DNA of 63,955 bases, filler included, from Hausera hauseri (lineage: Eukaryota): the NCBI GenBank assembly GCA_046269625.1. It is 11 parts of 11 records of this genome, joined end to end, with 100 filler letters (N's around TTAATTAATTAA, not from the genome) between each part and the next. Parts side by side here need not be neighbours in the genome. Positions count along the whole stretch, not along the records: positions 46,104 to 52,057 come from JBJURY010163532.1; positions 52,158 to 59,866 come from JBJURY010907644.1; positions 59,967 to 63,955 come from JBJURY010836414.1; 8 more parts are not named here. One strand, 5' to 3'. Below are positions 51,660 through 63,955 of the stretch, in pieces. Position 1 is the stretch's first letter, and each line of letters starts with the position of its first letter. A model generated the notes under the pieces. That model saw nothing but the letters and a program-made list of their open reading frames with translations, had not been told where the DNA came from and did not search any database. Made by a program: the position numbers and the translations under genes.

Positions 51660-52057
51660 ACACGAAGAAACTAAACAATCACTATCATCCACCAACAGTT
51701 TTCCTTGCTCTCCATTCTTCGAAGTCAGTGGTTCTGCCAGCCAACGGCTTGGTTTACACAAACAGTGGTTGTCAGATACCAGTCTTTTCAACACGAAAAT
51801 GCGAGCCTATTTCCTTCTTCCTCAATTACCTACAGAACTTCACTCGAAAATGACTGAAATACCGGCGTTACTCTCATTAGAACAGCCTTACGACGCTTTA
51901 GGTCAAGCCATCATAAAATTGTTAGAAACGACGGAACTGTAATTGGTAAGAAAGATTAACAAATCCGATAGGGTCTAAAACACCAACGGAAAATCTACGT
52001 CGCATAAAAGACGGTCTTATAAGACTCGAAATTAACGTTAGCGAAACGGAGGATTTA
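51660..52057 (+). pseudogene. Possible LTR-retrotransposon gag N-terminal fragment
   Basis: LLPQLPTEL....I.......PYDALGQAIIKLL...KTPTENLRRIK resembles invertebrate Gypsy Gag (DUF7041-like) helices. Weak match. Confidence 0.35.
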
Positions 52058-52163
52058 NNNNNNNNNNNNNNNNNNNNNNNNNNNNNNNNNNNNNNNNNNN
52101 NTTAATTAATTAANNNNNNNNNNNNNNNNNNNNNNNNNNNNNNNNNNNNNNNNNNNNAGTGAA

Positions 52164-52727
52164 GTGATAGCCAATGTCACAAGACCGAAATGCCCTGTCG
52201 GTAGGCCTAAAAGGACACGAGAAGTCGATTATGATGCAGAATTGATTAGAAAATTAAGACAAATATCATTTCCGACTTTCAGCACAGATAATGAAGAATT
52301 AAGCGAGTTAATGAAGAATTTAATACGAATTGTAAATTACTCAAGCCTTCGAGGTGACTCATTAGATGACAAGGAAAAGGTCATATTTGATGCAGCTAGA
52401 ATGATGAAAAGTTCGCGTTTTAAACTATCGAAAAGTAACCTAACCTATGAATCGGTAATCGGAAAGATCATAATAGAAAACACGAATAAAGAATTAAGAA
52501 AAGTATTACTGTATTTAGCTATCAAAATAAACCCTAATCGAGAGAATGAAATCAATAGAGATATAAGCTTATCACGAAGAGCAGCGAGAAAGCTGCCCCG
52601 CAAAGTAACTTGGTCAAGACTATTTGACAAGGAAGAAGACAAACGGATCAGTAATAGTAATAGACTCGACGATATGCTACATAATTTGACAACAACGGAT
52701 ATTAGCCACCGGAAGAGTGAATCAAGT
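52164..52727 (+). pseudogene. Domain X (unknown helical region) in frame with the glycoprotein signal peptide, copy B
   Basis: IFDAARMMKSSR, LRKVLLYLAIKINP.RENEINR and RRAARKLPRKVTWSRLFD align with copy A. Confidence 0.6.
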
Positions 52728-54550
52728 TGGTTATTTAACCTCTTCACCTTGATAATATTAATAAAGCAAATAGGCGCTGTTACCGTCTAAGATTGCAATA
52801 AATTTAAACTACGGAAGAGATATTCCCCAATGGATTTAAAGATGTGTGAAGATGCCAGGCCGCACAAGTTGGAAACGGGAGAGAAAAATTACTTCCTGTA
52901 CCAACAACAAGAATTGATATCGTTAGACGGAATGAAATGCATGCTGAAACAATCTCGTAGCATTTTTCACTGTGGGTCAGTACACGGACATTCCTCAATA
53001 ATCAAACCAACAACTCCTTTAATCTCAATGAACCTAGAACGCAAGCACTGCAAGCAGGCTAAGTAGACCGGAAAAGTACAATAAGACAATATGGAATTAG
53101 AAATGTAACCAGGAAAGATAATTAGGGCATACAAAGTAGTAGTCGGAAGGTTAGATATGCATAGCGGACATTGTTACGGAGCGGAATACGACACTGGAAA
53201 AGGATTACAAGCAAACGTGGTAGTCGTGGATTTCTACGAATCAGAAATGCGATAACAGAAAGTAATGTTCCATAGTGTCATCAAGTTATACACCGAAAAT
53301 TAAGTGTCATTTGCAAGACAAAACCTGTGCTTTTAGAAGTTACGTTATAATATGGGAACCTCCCTCTGGAGGAAGTTGTAATTTTATCAAAATTAAGGAA
53401 CTAAAGTTCACTGAAACTACCGGAAAGCGATATGTGGATAAATCTGATACCAACTCAAGGACACACGAAGACGTATCGGAACATCCTACGCCTACTATAC
53501 TAGTTTTGGATCAGTATGGACTGAAATTTATTTAAAAGGAGATGATTTCCCGTTGTGACGTAGTAATGTTCGCTATTAACTATGAGGCACTCTTTATCGC
53601 CGAAACCGAGATAAATGCGAAGACCTATAAGTTGAAAACACAATATATCCGGATTGAGGATTACTTAAAGAACAGAGATGATTTCTTTTATTACAAAGGA
53701 CAAGTCGGGATAACGGAATTATATCACAAAATAATAACGAATGACTGTAAATAAGATACTCAGATCATGAGGATGAAATTGGTCCTTATATACACCAACC
53801 CAGAACTGGCTTCTCCAATAATTCCTATGAGAGCAGGAATTTTCGGTCGGGTTACGGGCCAGGTATTCTTAACCTACAAATGTGAAAAGAAAGATGTACC
53901 CATTAACGTTGAAGAAAAACGCTGCATTCAGGAACTTCCTGTTATTTATCAGAATACTCCAAGGTTAGCTACACCGTTGACAAGAGTCTTATTGGATAAT
54001 GCAACTTAACCAACAATCCTTAAAGACTGTAAAGCAAGCTTAGGAGAACCCATGTTTAAACGCAGTGAAAAGGATTAGGTTAGTTTGCCAAATGGAGGTA
54101 TTACTATCGCTACAAATAAATTAACAGGAACAAATCTTTCAAAAGGAACTACAGATGACAAATTTCAAGACATCTCGTTTAAGGGTATATATAGGCCGAA
54201 AGAGATCCAAGCCTTCGGACAATTCCTTGCTTTTCCGCGACAGCGAACACACGAACTAAACCTACCCATGACCACTGTAATAGACAATACTCGATATCAA
54301 GCTAAATGGGAATCATTGCTTGTCGTAAACCATTACCAACGAGTAACCAAGGAAATACTCTACAAAATTTGGGGAAGATTTTTAATTTTCGGACAAGCAT
54401 CATCTGGACTTTTAGCAATATATTTCTTAGTACAAATGATCAAGGCAGTCATCCCAGCAGTAACAAATGGTTATGAAATATTTATATTGACCGGATTTTC
54501 ATGTAAAATACTGACTGCAATCATAGCGCCGTTTGGGAAGCTTCTAAAAG
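52728..54550 (+). pseudogene. Chuvirus-like envelope glycoprotein, copy B
   Basis: Signal WLFNLFTLIILIKQIGA|VTV*DC. Then CMLKQSRSIFHCGSVHGHSSII, GIFGRVTGQVFLTYKC, RCIQELPVIYQNTPRLATPLTRVL, KGIYRPKEIQAFGQFLAFP, and TM WGRFLIFGQASSGLLAIYFLVQMIKAVI. Confidence 0.82.
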
Positions 54551-54903
54551 CGTACAAAGAAAATAGACGGAATGTGGACGTAGAACGTCATGTCGGCTAT
54601 TATAATTGTAAACGAAAGGGAAGGTCTATGTTTCTGTACAAGCGGAAATTTACAAAACCTAACATGCGAAGAAATAATTCCGATAATGACGAGCCTAAGG
54701 GAGCAGAAGTAATTTCGAGTGCAAACAGACATAAAACATATTTTGTCATTAAAGCACCATTGCCTATGCTACCCATTACCGCTTTAATCTACGAAGACTG
54801 TGACCAACAATCAATGGGTTCACATCAGATGGAAATCTATAAAAGGGCAATTAGTTTATAAGACCCTTACGAAGGGACAAAACGCTACGGGATCGAACGG
54901 AAA

Positions 54904-57900
54904 ATGTGTTACCGACAGTCCGTGGATGATCCCAGGATGTTGTGTTCCCCGAGAGAACCTCGAAATATAGAGACTAAATCGCCTATCTGCCAAAACCCAA
55001 GGTTAAGAACCTTCCGGAACATAGAACCGCACACTAACAACCGAGAACCATTAATCAGTACTAATGAAGCGGAAGAATTAAACATCGAAAACAATGAATT
55101 TTATCCAAACCGGGAACTAAGGCAATTGGTAGAAAACATAGTATCTTCTCCAGAGATTCGAATTAACGGACATAAAATATCGGTAAATAAACGCCCAAAA
55201 GCTACATCAAACTGTTTTGAAAAATCAATCAAAGGAAGGCCTTTCGCCAAAATTATTATCAAAGACTGGGAAGTTTATGCGCTAATTGATACAGGTTCTG
55301 CGATGTCTTACATTAAAAACGATTCGATACCTCAAAAGCTAAGAGGGCAACTATACCTACCATCCACGAAAGATCTACGAAGCACAGGACCTTTTGGCCA
55401 AATCTCCACATCCATGTTTAAATTGAATTTAGAAGTTCAAATAATTGGAAAATTCTTCCATCACGAATTTGCAGTTATGAAGCAATTAACGGATGACGTA
55501 GTTCTAGGATGCGATATACTAAAAAGACCACCAAATACATCGATTGATTTACAAACGGAAAAACTAATAGAAATCCGACCAGATAAAGGCATAAAAAGTT
55601 CTAAGAAAAGAAAATTTGGAGAAGTATGGATACCTGTGGACGAAAACATTCTACCAAAAACAGAGATGATAATTTACGCGAAAATTTAGCAAAATGACGA
55701 GCAACCAGTATATTTCGAACTAAAAGATACATTAGATCCGAATATAATACTCAGTAGCATACTAACAAAAGTATACTCCGATCGTGTGCCGATCAGAATA
55801 ACAAATAACGCACAGATCCCTGTCAAACTTCATGCTTATACCACTCTAGAATATACCTATAGAGTATCATCAATAACTATTGAAGTAAAGCCTTATAAGT
55901 AGGCCGAATTTCCACCTCATGTCGAAACTAAGTTTTCTTCTGAATCCTATTGTCGATTCTATGAATTATTATGCCGCTATAAATCGATTATCGCTAAGGA
56001 CGAAGAAGATACCGGTAGAGCAAAAGAATTAAAACTGATTATACCATTTAAGAAAAAGCCTGGTTCGAACGAAGAAAGAGACTTGGAAGACCAAAAGGTG
56101 CCAAAATGGTACCATCCGTCACATTCACTAAGTCCCGAGATAACGAAGGAAGTCGAACGAATACTTAAGGCCGATATAATTAGGCCCAGCTATAGATATT
56201 GATATTCACCAATCCTCATGGTTAAGAAGAAAGGTACCACAAAACATCGATTTTGTATTGACTACAGTGCCTTAAATAATCTTATGATGAAAAATTCTTT
56301 CCCATTACCATCAGCAAAAGAGGCTTTAGACAGACTCTCAGGAGCAAAATGGTTTACCACTCTGGATCTACAATTCGGATACTGGCAGGTGGAAATTGAG
56401 GATGAGGATCGATACAAAACAGCGTTGAAAACCCACGATGGCGTCTATGAATTCAAAGTTATGCCGTTTGGTATTACTCCCGGACCAGCTATTTTTACAA
56501 GGATGATGAACCAAATGTTAATGGGATTAGATCATGCTTTTGCATACTTAAATGACGTAATGATAGCGTTACGGACGGAATAGGAACATCTGAAGGATAT
56601 CGAACAGACGCTGATGCAACTAGAACAAACCGTATTGAAATTGAACCCAAAGAAATGTAAATGGGCTCAAAACTCCGTATCCTACCTCGGCCATATAGTT
56701 GGAGAAGGAGGGTCAAGACCAGACAAGTCACTGCTGAACAAAATATCAGACTCTATGGAGCCGCAAAACCAAAAAGAGTTAGGATATTGGTTGGATCTAT
56801 GCGGATATTACGCCACTTATGTGCCAGACAATTCGAAGATAAATGCACCTTTATATCGTCTAATTAAGAAGGGAATTAAATGGAAATGGACCGAAATCGA
56901 ACAAAAAGCTTTCGAAGAAATGAAAGGATATTAACCAGTGAAACGGTCTTACGGTATTATGACTTTAACTTACCTTTTATAATCAAGACAGATACCAGTA
57001 AAGAAGGTACTGGATATGAATTAGCTGAGAAAAGAGAAGACGAAGAATTAGAACACCCAATCGCTTATGGAGGACGTTCTTTAAAGAAAGTCAAAAGGAA
57101 TAATTCCGTTACAGAATTAGAAACTCTGGCCGTAAAAAAAGCGCTGCGACACTACAACGTTTACGTGTACGGGCAGAGGATTATAATTGTTATTGATCAT
57201 AAGGCTGTTACGACTTTAAAGGGACGAGCAAATAACCCAACAATTAGACTTAACAGATGGATTGAAGAAATCTCTAGATACAATATTGAATTTTAGTATA
57301 AACCAGGAAACAAGCATGTAGATGCCGACACACTATCAAGATTAAGAACCAAAACAAGTGCAATCATTGTAATGAAGAAGAGTCAACTTAAAGAAGTTAT
57401 AGATCGCCAACAAGCTTTAACGTCAAATAACGCAATTAAGATCTTGAGCGAACAAAGAGAGGATAAGATCATCCAGCAGATCATAGAATTTGTTGAGAAG
57501 GACATAATACCAAAAGGACGACAATTAAAAAAACACCTACGTAGACACGGATATAAATATTGTGTTATGCATAACAAGGGTCTGAAGAACTTCCTGTATT
57601 ACGAGTGAAAAGAAAGAAAATTAATGGTTATTCCGAAAAAACTTTCGAATCGAAGTTTTGATGTCGGAACATGATTTATATCTGGCAGGACACATGTCGT
57701 GGAAGAAAACATTAGAGAGAATACTGAATAAGTATTTTTGGTCCAGTATCTATATTGACGTAAAAAATTGGATGGGTGTTTGCGAAGTATGTGCGACTAA
57801 ACAAAAGAAGACAAAGAATTACATGGCCGAGTTGAAACCAATCAGTGTACCTGATACACCCATGCAAGCCATGTCAGTGGATATCGTGGGNNNNNNNNNN

Positions 57901-58660
57901 TATTGATCGACTAACCTATTTTGTCGAGTAAATAGCATTAATTGATCAAAAAGCAGAAACTCTGGCCGAAGCTGTAGTAAGAAGAATCATTTACCGATAC
58001 GGACCTACGGACCAACTATCAACAAATCAGGGAAGAAACTTCACAAGTGAATTATACCAGAAGATTAGCAAAATATTTGAAATCAAGAGGTTGACCATGA
58101 CCGCATATCACCCTCAGTGTAATGGAATGGTCGAACGGATAAACGCAACTGTCACCCGCATACTATCAGTAGTTGTGGCCAAGGACCAAAAGTATTGGGA
58201 CGAATTCATAAAAGAAACTCAATTTTCAATTAATACCACCCCACATCCCGCAGCAGGATTTACGCCATTTTTCATGATGTATGGACGTGAAGCTGTGTTA
58301 CTCACAGACTTAGGAATGATTCCGTACACAGTCAATCCCGAAGATTTAGAACAAAACTACAAAAATGTTGGGAAATCGCCGAGGGTTGACCCAAGAATAT
58401 CAAAACCAGTTTAAGAAGCAATACGATAAAAAGGCTAAGCCACACGATTTAGAAGCAGGAAATTGGGCCTATGTACATTATCCAGTAGCCAAAAAGGGCA
58501 TGTCCCTGAAACTGACTCGTACAGGCAGAGGGCCATACGAAATTATCAAAACTACGCCGACCACAGTATATATTAACAAAAACAGAAAGGAAGAAGTAAT
58601 ATCAATACAAAGAGTCATTAAGACGGAGATACAACCCGATAAACGTTACAATTTACGCCG
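54904..58660 (+). pseudogene. Gypsy pol, copy B (PR, RT, RNase H, integrase)
   Basis: ALIDTGS, RFCIDY, LDLQFGYWQ, MPFG, YLND, IKTDTSKEGTG, EHDLYLAGH...CEVC, AYHPQCNGMVER and RGPY. Confidence 0.93.
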
Positions 58661-58665
58661 ACATG

Positions 58666-59866
58666 AAATGAAAACTTCTTCAATAGTTGTTAGACCAATA
58701 TCGTATGTTAAAATATCGTTAGCCCTACCACTAATTGCCTCTTATATCCCACAAACCCAGATTCAATGGTGGGGTGACGAATCTACGCTAGAGGATGTAT
58801 ATGGGATACGAAAAAGCGGCTTAAAGACAAAAAATACTATACGAGAAAAGAGACCAACCGCCGAAGAGGTTTAAAGAGCAAAAGACACTAGATTATTACA
58901 ATCAATGACCGTTCAATATTTTTCCCCAGACGCTGTGTGCGTTGGATTTAAAACTTGGAGACCCCATCACGATTTTGGAAGCTTTCAAATTGTCCTATAT
59001 GATGAAACAACAAAAAGTTAGAAAATGTGACTTTGAACCTGGGGAATATACGCAATGCTGTGACATAGATTTCGAACATACCTATATTCTTACTTATCGC
59101 ATGCTCTTGCCAGACTTAACAGAGATCTATATCGAAGTAGATCCACAACGTCGATTAGTTATTCCCCCTTGGCCAAGGCGATTTGGAATGAAACCCATCG
59201 AAATGCTACAATCCACCAACCCAGAGATAAGACTATTAGACGAGAATATAAAAGAGATTTTAATAAATCACGAAAAACGGTGTATCCAAGTAAATACTTA
59301 AATAGGATTAAATTTTAGCCGAGAAATTAGTTTTGTTTTCGAAGCGGTAAATGGACAAACTCCAGAAGTAAAATACTGTTCCATCCATGCCGGCGTACAA
59401 CATCCATGTTGTAGATTGCCAGTAAACCGAGAATTTATAATAAAATTCGACTTATATGAAGTGCGGCCTAATAAACCTAGTATACAGTTACGAACTTACT
59501 ATCCAGAAAATAGAATATGGAAAATTCCGGTGGGAAAAACAACCGAAAAGTCGACACCTAAGGTTAGTCCCACTACCAGAACAGTTACGTCGAGCAATGT
59601 ACCTAAAAAGAATTAGAAAGCGTACCCATAAAATATTCGGCATATCGATTTAGAATCGTGTTCTTTGTGGAAGAAAAACAAAGTTACAATATACATATAA
59701 GTTGCCGAACAACATATAATAATCAAATTGTAACGTTGCTTAAAAATACTTATCAGACAGATTGCAATTTACTAAAACCACAATCTGAATACATAGTACA
59801 ATTATATACACAGAATAAGCAAAGCCAAACAATTACAGTACGTACCGTATACGAAATCCGTACAGG
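58666..59866 (+). pseudogene. Post-integrase secreted/membrane protein with FN3-like repeats, copy B (truncated by contig end)
   Basis: ISYVKISLALPLIASYIPQTQI|Q lies in the same ORF as the GPY tail. Repeats KCDFEPGEYTQCCDIDFEHTYILTY, YCSIHAGVQHPCCRLPVNREFIIKF and DCNLLKPQSEYIVQLYT follow. Confidence 0.62.
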
Positions 59867-60924
59867 NNNNNNNNNNNNNNNNNNNNNNNNNNNNNNNNNN
59901 NNNNNNNNNNTTAATTAATTAANNNNNNNNNNNNNNNNNNNNNNNNNNNNNNNNNNNNNNNNNNNNAGTGCAAAGTGTTTTGGGAATTAACCCAGTCTAA
60001 TACCGTTTTAGCGGTCAGATAAAATTTCATTCCATTAGCTTCAAAATTGCAGATTGTCATTTAGCTATTCATTTCCGGAGTAAACAAATCGTACGATTAA
60101 CTTACATGAAAATCAGTTACCTTTAAACCAATTTTTCAAGTTGCATTATTACAATTTCAATGCATATTTCCACTTTTACATTTCCGTTGGTGAAATGTAG
60201 TTGTCGGTTTCATCGCAGCACCACCAAGGGGAAATGTATATATCCACCATTTCATTTCCAAATTATGTTTCTACCGCAATACAATGCTACTGGATGAGAA
60301 ATAGAATACGCGAAGGTCCCGTAATCTAACGTAGCATTCAATGGCACTGTTCGATTAACGATAAATCGCCAAATACCGAATCAGTTACATTTATTATGGC
60401 ACGATCACGTGATCGCAATTTGTAAACATTTTTATCATATGTTATTGCACCATTTAAAAAAAATGTCAATCTTCTCTTTGTCGTGTTATATTTTTTGTAT
60501 GAATAAATATGCTCGAAATCGACCATTGTGTGCAATTTTTAATGACATGATCCGCCAAAAAATAGCGCCGATAAATAAATACAATCGATAATTTTCATAC
60601 GGTTGCGACTTGGCGCTTCCCTTGCATTTTGTGATATTTGTGGCCTGGAAACGGAAAAGTACTGATTTTTTTAGTGCTTGCGCTTTATTCTTCAGATCCG
60701 CTTGCAACACTTCGTCAATGTTACAGAATTACGTGCATTTCATGTGGTTTCCAGGCGTTCCGATCTCACAGCTAGCCGGAATCAAGCGCGCGGCAATTTT
60801 TGTTTACATCTCCCGTCAGGAGGTGACATCACTCGGCGTATCATCGGAAGTTACCGAATCGCTCGTATTTCAGTGTCCTATTTATAAATTGAGCTAGTTT
60901 TGAGTTCTTAAATTAATCTTTTAA

Positions 60925-61200
60925 TTTAAAATACATGAAAATAAAAAAAAAAGTTGAAAAAGGAAAAAATTCACCAAATAAACCCACACAATTTAAAAAA
61001 TTCATTACAGACTTCATTTGTAAGTTTAACTGTAACTGCAAATTTGTTATGTTTCATTGCTACTGAATTACTCTTTAAATGTAAAATATGAAAATAAAAA
61101 AATAAGTTGAAAAAGAAAAAATTTCATCAAATAAATCGATACCATTTTAAAAATTCACTGCAGATTTCATTCTTAAGCTTAACAGCAAATTTCACTGTTT
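60925..61200. repeat. Diverged ~150-bp tandem duplication, AT-rich
   Basis: ATGAAAATAAAAAAA..AGTTGAAAAAG...CAAATAAA...AAAAATTCA.T.CAGA.TTCATT..TAAG.TTAAC occurs at ~60935 and ~61088. Confidence 0.75.
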
Positions 61201-62699
61201 ACATACAAAATCTTGTGCAGATATTAAATATGCAGATTCAACTATAACTCCTAGCATTTGTTTTTTGTCCCTCTTCCCCCTGCAGAAGGGGGTGGGTTGA
61301 TGCGATTTAACCTTACAGTATTTTTACTTGACAAATAAAAAAAACATTTCCATTTTCATACAAATAGCTCCAGTCATTTCAAACTTATATTCAGCCCTGC
61401 CCTCCACAGAAGTGGGCGGGATATTTCAAGGAAAAAAAATAAAATAAAATAAGAGTTATTTCCGGCAAGGATTTTCATATGCCAATCCAAAAGGCAAACC
61501 CAAAGAAGATACCAATAAATCTCAGAGAAAAATTTCCAGTAATCGTCTTTCCACAAATAGCTGTGTAGGATCAGTCTAGTGCTTGGCACAAAAAGATTAT
61601 AGTTTGTTTTCAAATGTAAGTTTTCATCTTTCCCTTTTTAAAAAGTTCATTTTAATGAATAAACACTTTGCTTCGGAAGTTATACATTTTCTTTTCCTCT
61701 TAAACAGACTCCTAAAATTTTAACTGTGCACGCCCAAAACTTTTCTACAAAATTCTCTATGTGTTTTAATATATAGCATAATGTTTATTAGTAAAATTAA
61801 TATTTAATAATTATTATTTTATTAGTACTTTAAGCCCGAAAGACAAATATACCGCTCATTAGGATTGGGATTTTTTTTTCCTTTATGCTTTCCTCTGTCA
61901 CAATGTGTTAGAACATTTAATACATTCAATTTTTCAAACGACAGTTAATAGGAACAACTTTGACTGATACATATATGCATCTTATTCTCAACATGTCACA
62001 TTCCATTAAGAAAAATAATTATACTACTACCATTATATCATTTGAAAGCTAATATACAAGTGGTTTATGAGTCCATTAAAGAGATGTCTTTAAAATAATC
62101 AAAATATTTTCCAAAATTTGCATACCAATTATTGAAGCATAAATTACATGCGGTGCATAATTCATGCTTCAGAATTTCCTGAACTTTATATTTTTTAAGT
62201 TTCACTCAAATTTAAAATACAGTTATGCTGTTTACATATTTTTAAAATCTTATTATTTAACAAACAGTATTGTTTTGTTATTGCAACATGTAATTTTCAC
62301 ACCAATAAAAGAGAAAAAAAAGGATTATTTTATTTTATTCTTCAAGATTTTTCCTTTTTTCTTTCAAAACAACGTTACAATGAGAATGGAAAATAAATAA
62401 AAGAAACACTTTTAAAAAATCAAAAGATTATTTTTATTATGATACAATATATTTTCAAGATAACAGATGAAAAAAATGAAAGAATTGGGGGGGGGGGGAG
62501 TGAAGTAAACTGTTATGTTATATACAAACTTTCTAGGAATGCTTTTTAATGTTAGGCAAATGAAGGCTTTATTTACAGAATGAAATTGCAAACAAAATCT
62601 AAAAACATAAAAAAAAAAAAAAAATCTATTACTTTTGACCTCAGATATTCAATGGGAAAAAAAAATCATTTAAAAATATTGAAATGCAAATGAGAAATT

Positions 62700-63790
62700 T
62701 GTAAAGCATGTCTCAATTGGTTTAACATAAGCTTGAAATTTAAAATGCTTTATCTTTTCTCTCATGCTTCTTTCAGCATCTCTTCAGATTCTGCATATAT
62801 CACCTAGAAAATACAAATAAAATAAAAAGATATTACACAGACATGAAACAAATTGCATTTTTCACGAAGAACAAAGTAATTTAGAGTGGTGAAAAGAACT
62901 TATTTCATTTATTCAGTTACATCGAGCTTAATTTAGTATATCTTGGGACCCATTATAATAAAAGCAGAAAATCACAGATCCACAGAAGATTTATATCCTT
63001 CGAGTATTAGTGTTTTCAATAAAACATTGTATCCATTTACAAAATATATCATTTCTAAAAAGTAAATTTGAACATAACTCTATAATGAATGGTATCCTGT
63101 TATATTAAATGATCAATTTCATTATCAAAACTAACATACATATATATTGCAACTGGCACTACAAGCTACACACATACCGATAATAGCTTATTAGTAAATT
63201 GACATGTACACGTCCTAAAACTAGCTATGCAGAAATTTCGAACTTAAGTAAATGATTAAATAAAACAAATCTTCTAGTAATAAAGTTTGCTTACTGCTTG
63301 AAAAAGCTTTCTAAGGCAGAGTCTGTCACATTTCTGTATTTTTGAATTTGAAAACAGCCAATGCCATCCAGCCTGCAGTACAGGAAACTGGAATAATTTA
63401 GCTGTAGACTTGCAGGACAAACAAATTGCAAAGCTTTCTTTTCCAGCTGAAGAATCATCAGTGATAAATATTTCATGCTGCCATAAAATTTGAAAATATG
63501 AGAACATGAATATTTAATTAAAATTATTTCAAATAATTATTGTATGATATATTAAATTGTTACAAACAGAACTTACTGCTTGCCTTCCAAATCAAAATGG
63601 AAAGTTTTCCTTAAGCAGTGCAAACGCGCTCTCGAAAGTTTCACCTGGGTGAATAATAACAGCAAGAGGTAATGCTCCAACTTCAGTTACTGACAAGCTT
63701 GTCGTTGTAGTTCCGCAGCTACAAGTTGAGTCAACAAATGTCATTACAGACCATGGGTCAGATTCATTGTCACTGTTGGACACTTAATCA
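62700..63790 (-). mobile_element. Intron-containing MULE (Mutator) transposase pseudogene
   Basis: Splicing GT-AG introns 63576-63478 and 63294-62804 gives FVDSTCSC..GALPLAVIIH..AFALLKENFPF*FGRQA|HEIFITDDSSAGKES..FPVLQAGWHWL..KLFQA|VIYAESEEMLKEA*, a MULE catalytic domain. Confidence 0.75.
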
Positions 63791-63955
63791 TAAATTCGAT
63801 TTTCCTTCCGCTTCCATTATCTATCAATGTCCCTCCCCCCTAGATTTAGATTTCTGTGAGACTTTGTTTATTTTTAAACACTCCTCTTCACTAGTGAATA
63901 ATATCACAAGTACACCAGTTCTATCTCTCCCGTGGAAAAAACTTTTAAAACAAGG

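Larger units (their letters stand above)
52158..59866 (+). mobile_element. Ty3/Gypsy-like retroelement copy B with the same architecture as copy A
   Basis: Colinear plus-strand fragments: X, glycoprotein, PR, RT, RH, INT, then the post-integrase membrane protein. Confidence 0.9.

Noticed and set aside
54859-54861. Programmed stop-codon readthrough between glycoprotein tail and protease
   Set aside because: The sister copy has sense codons (Y-K) here and both copies are full of random stops, so decay is the simpler explanation. It is not fully excluded.
56880-56934. Programmed frameshift between RT and RNase H
   Set aside because: Both copies shift in this region but at different positions (~39670 in A, ~56925 in B), which indicates independent lesions.
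32767-59866. PolB genes alternating with enveloped Gypsy elements as one hybrid DNA/retro virus
   Set aside because: They are on separate contigs divided by linkers, so adjacency carries no information.

Overview
This window is not one locus. It is 11 unrelated eukaryotic contigs joined by identical 100-nt artificial linkers (44 N + TTAATTAATTAA + 44 N): 1-8378, 8479-13391, 13492-17729, 17830-22059, 22160-28369, 28470-32666, 32767-36744, 36845-46003, 46104-52057, 52158-59866 and 59967-63955. Almost everything recognisable is decayed mobile or endogenous viral DNA. This includes a fish-type Helentron (Rep, Pif1 helicase, AP endonuclease) broken by a hAT insertion, Tc1, mariner, hAT, Sola-like and MULE DNA transposons, a tRNA-SINE, non-LTR retrotransposons, three Polinton/adintovirus-type PolB pseudogenes, an intronless ATG2 pseudogene and a synaptotagmin-like exon. 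The standout is an unusual Ty3/Gypsy lineage seen in three contigs. In two copies (36845-46003 minus; 52158-59866 plus) a chuvirus-like fusion glycoprotein lies upstream of PR-RT-RNaseH-INT, and frame analysis of the two independently decayed copies suggests it was in the same reading frame. All three copies (also 8479-13391) carry a second signal-peptide-led, Cys-patterned, FN3-like membrane protein fused after the integrase. The inferred ancestor is a retroelement with one polyprotein, X-[Env G]-PR-RT-RH-INT-[Env2]. All family assignments come from motif recognition by eye; no searches were run.
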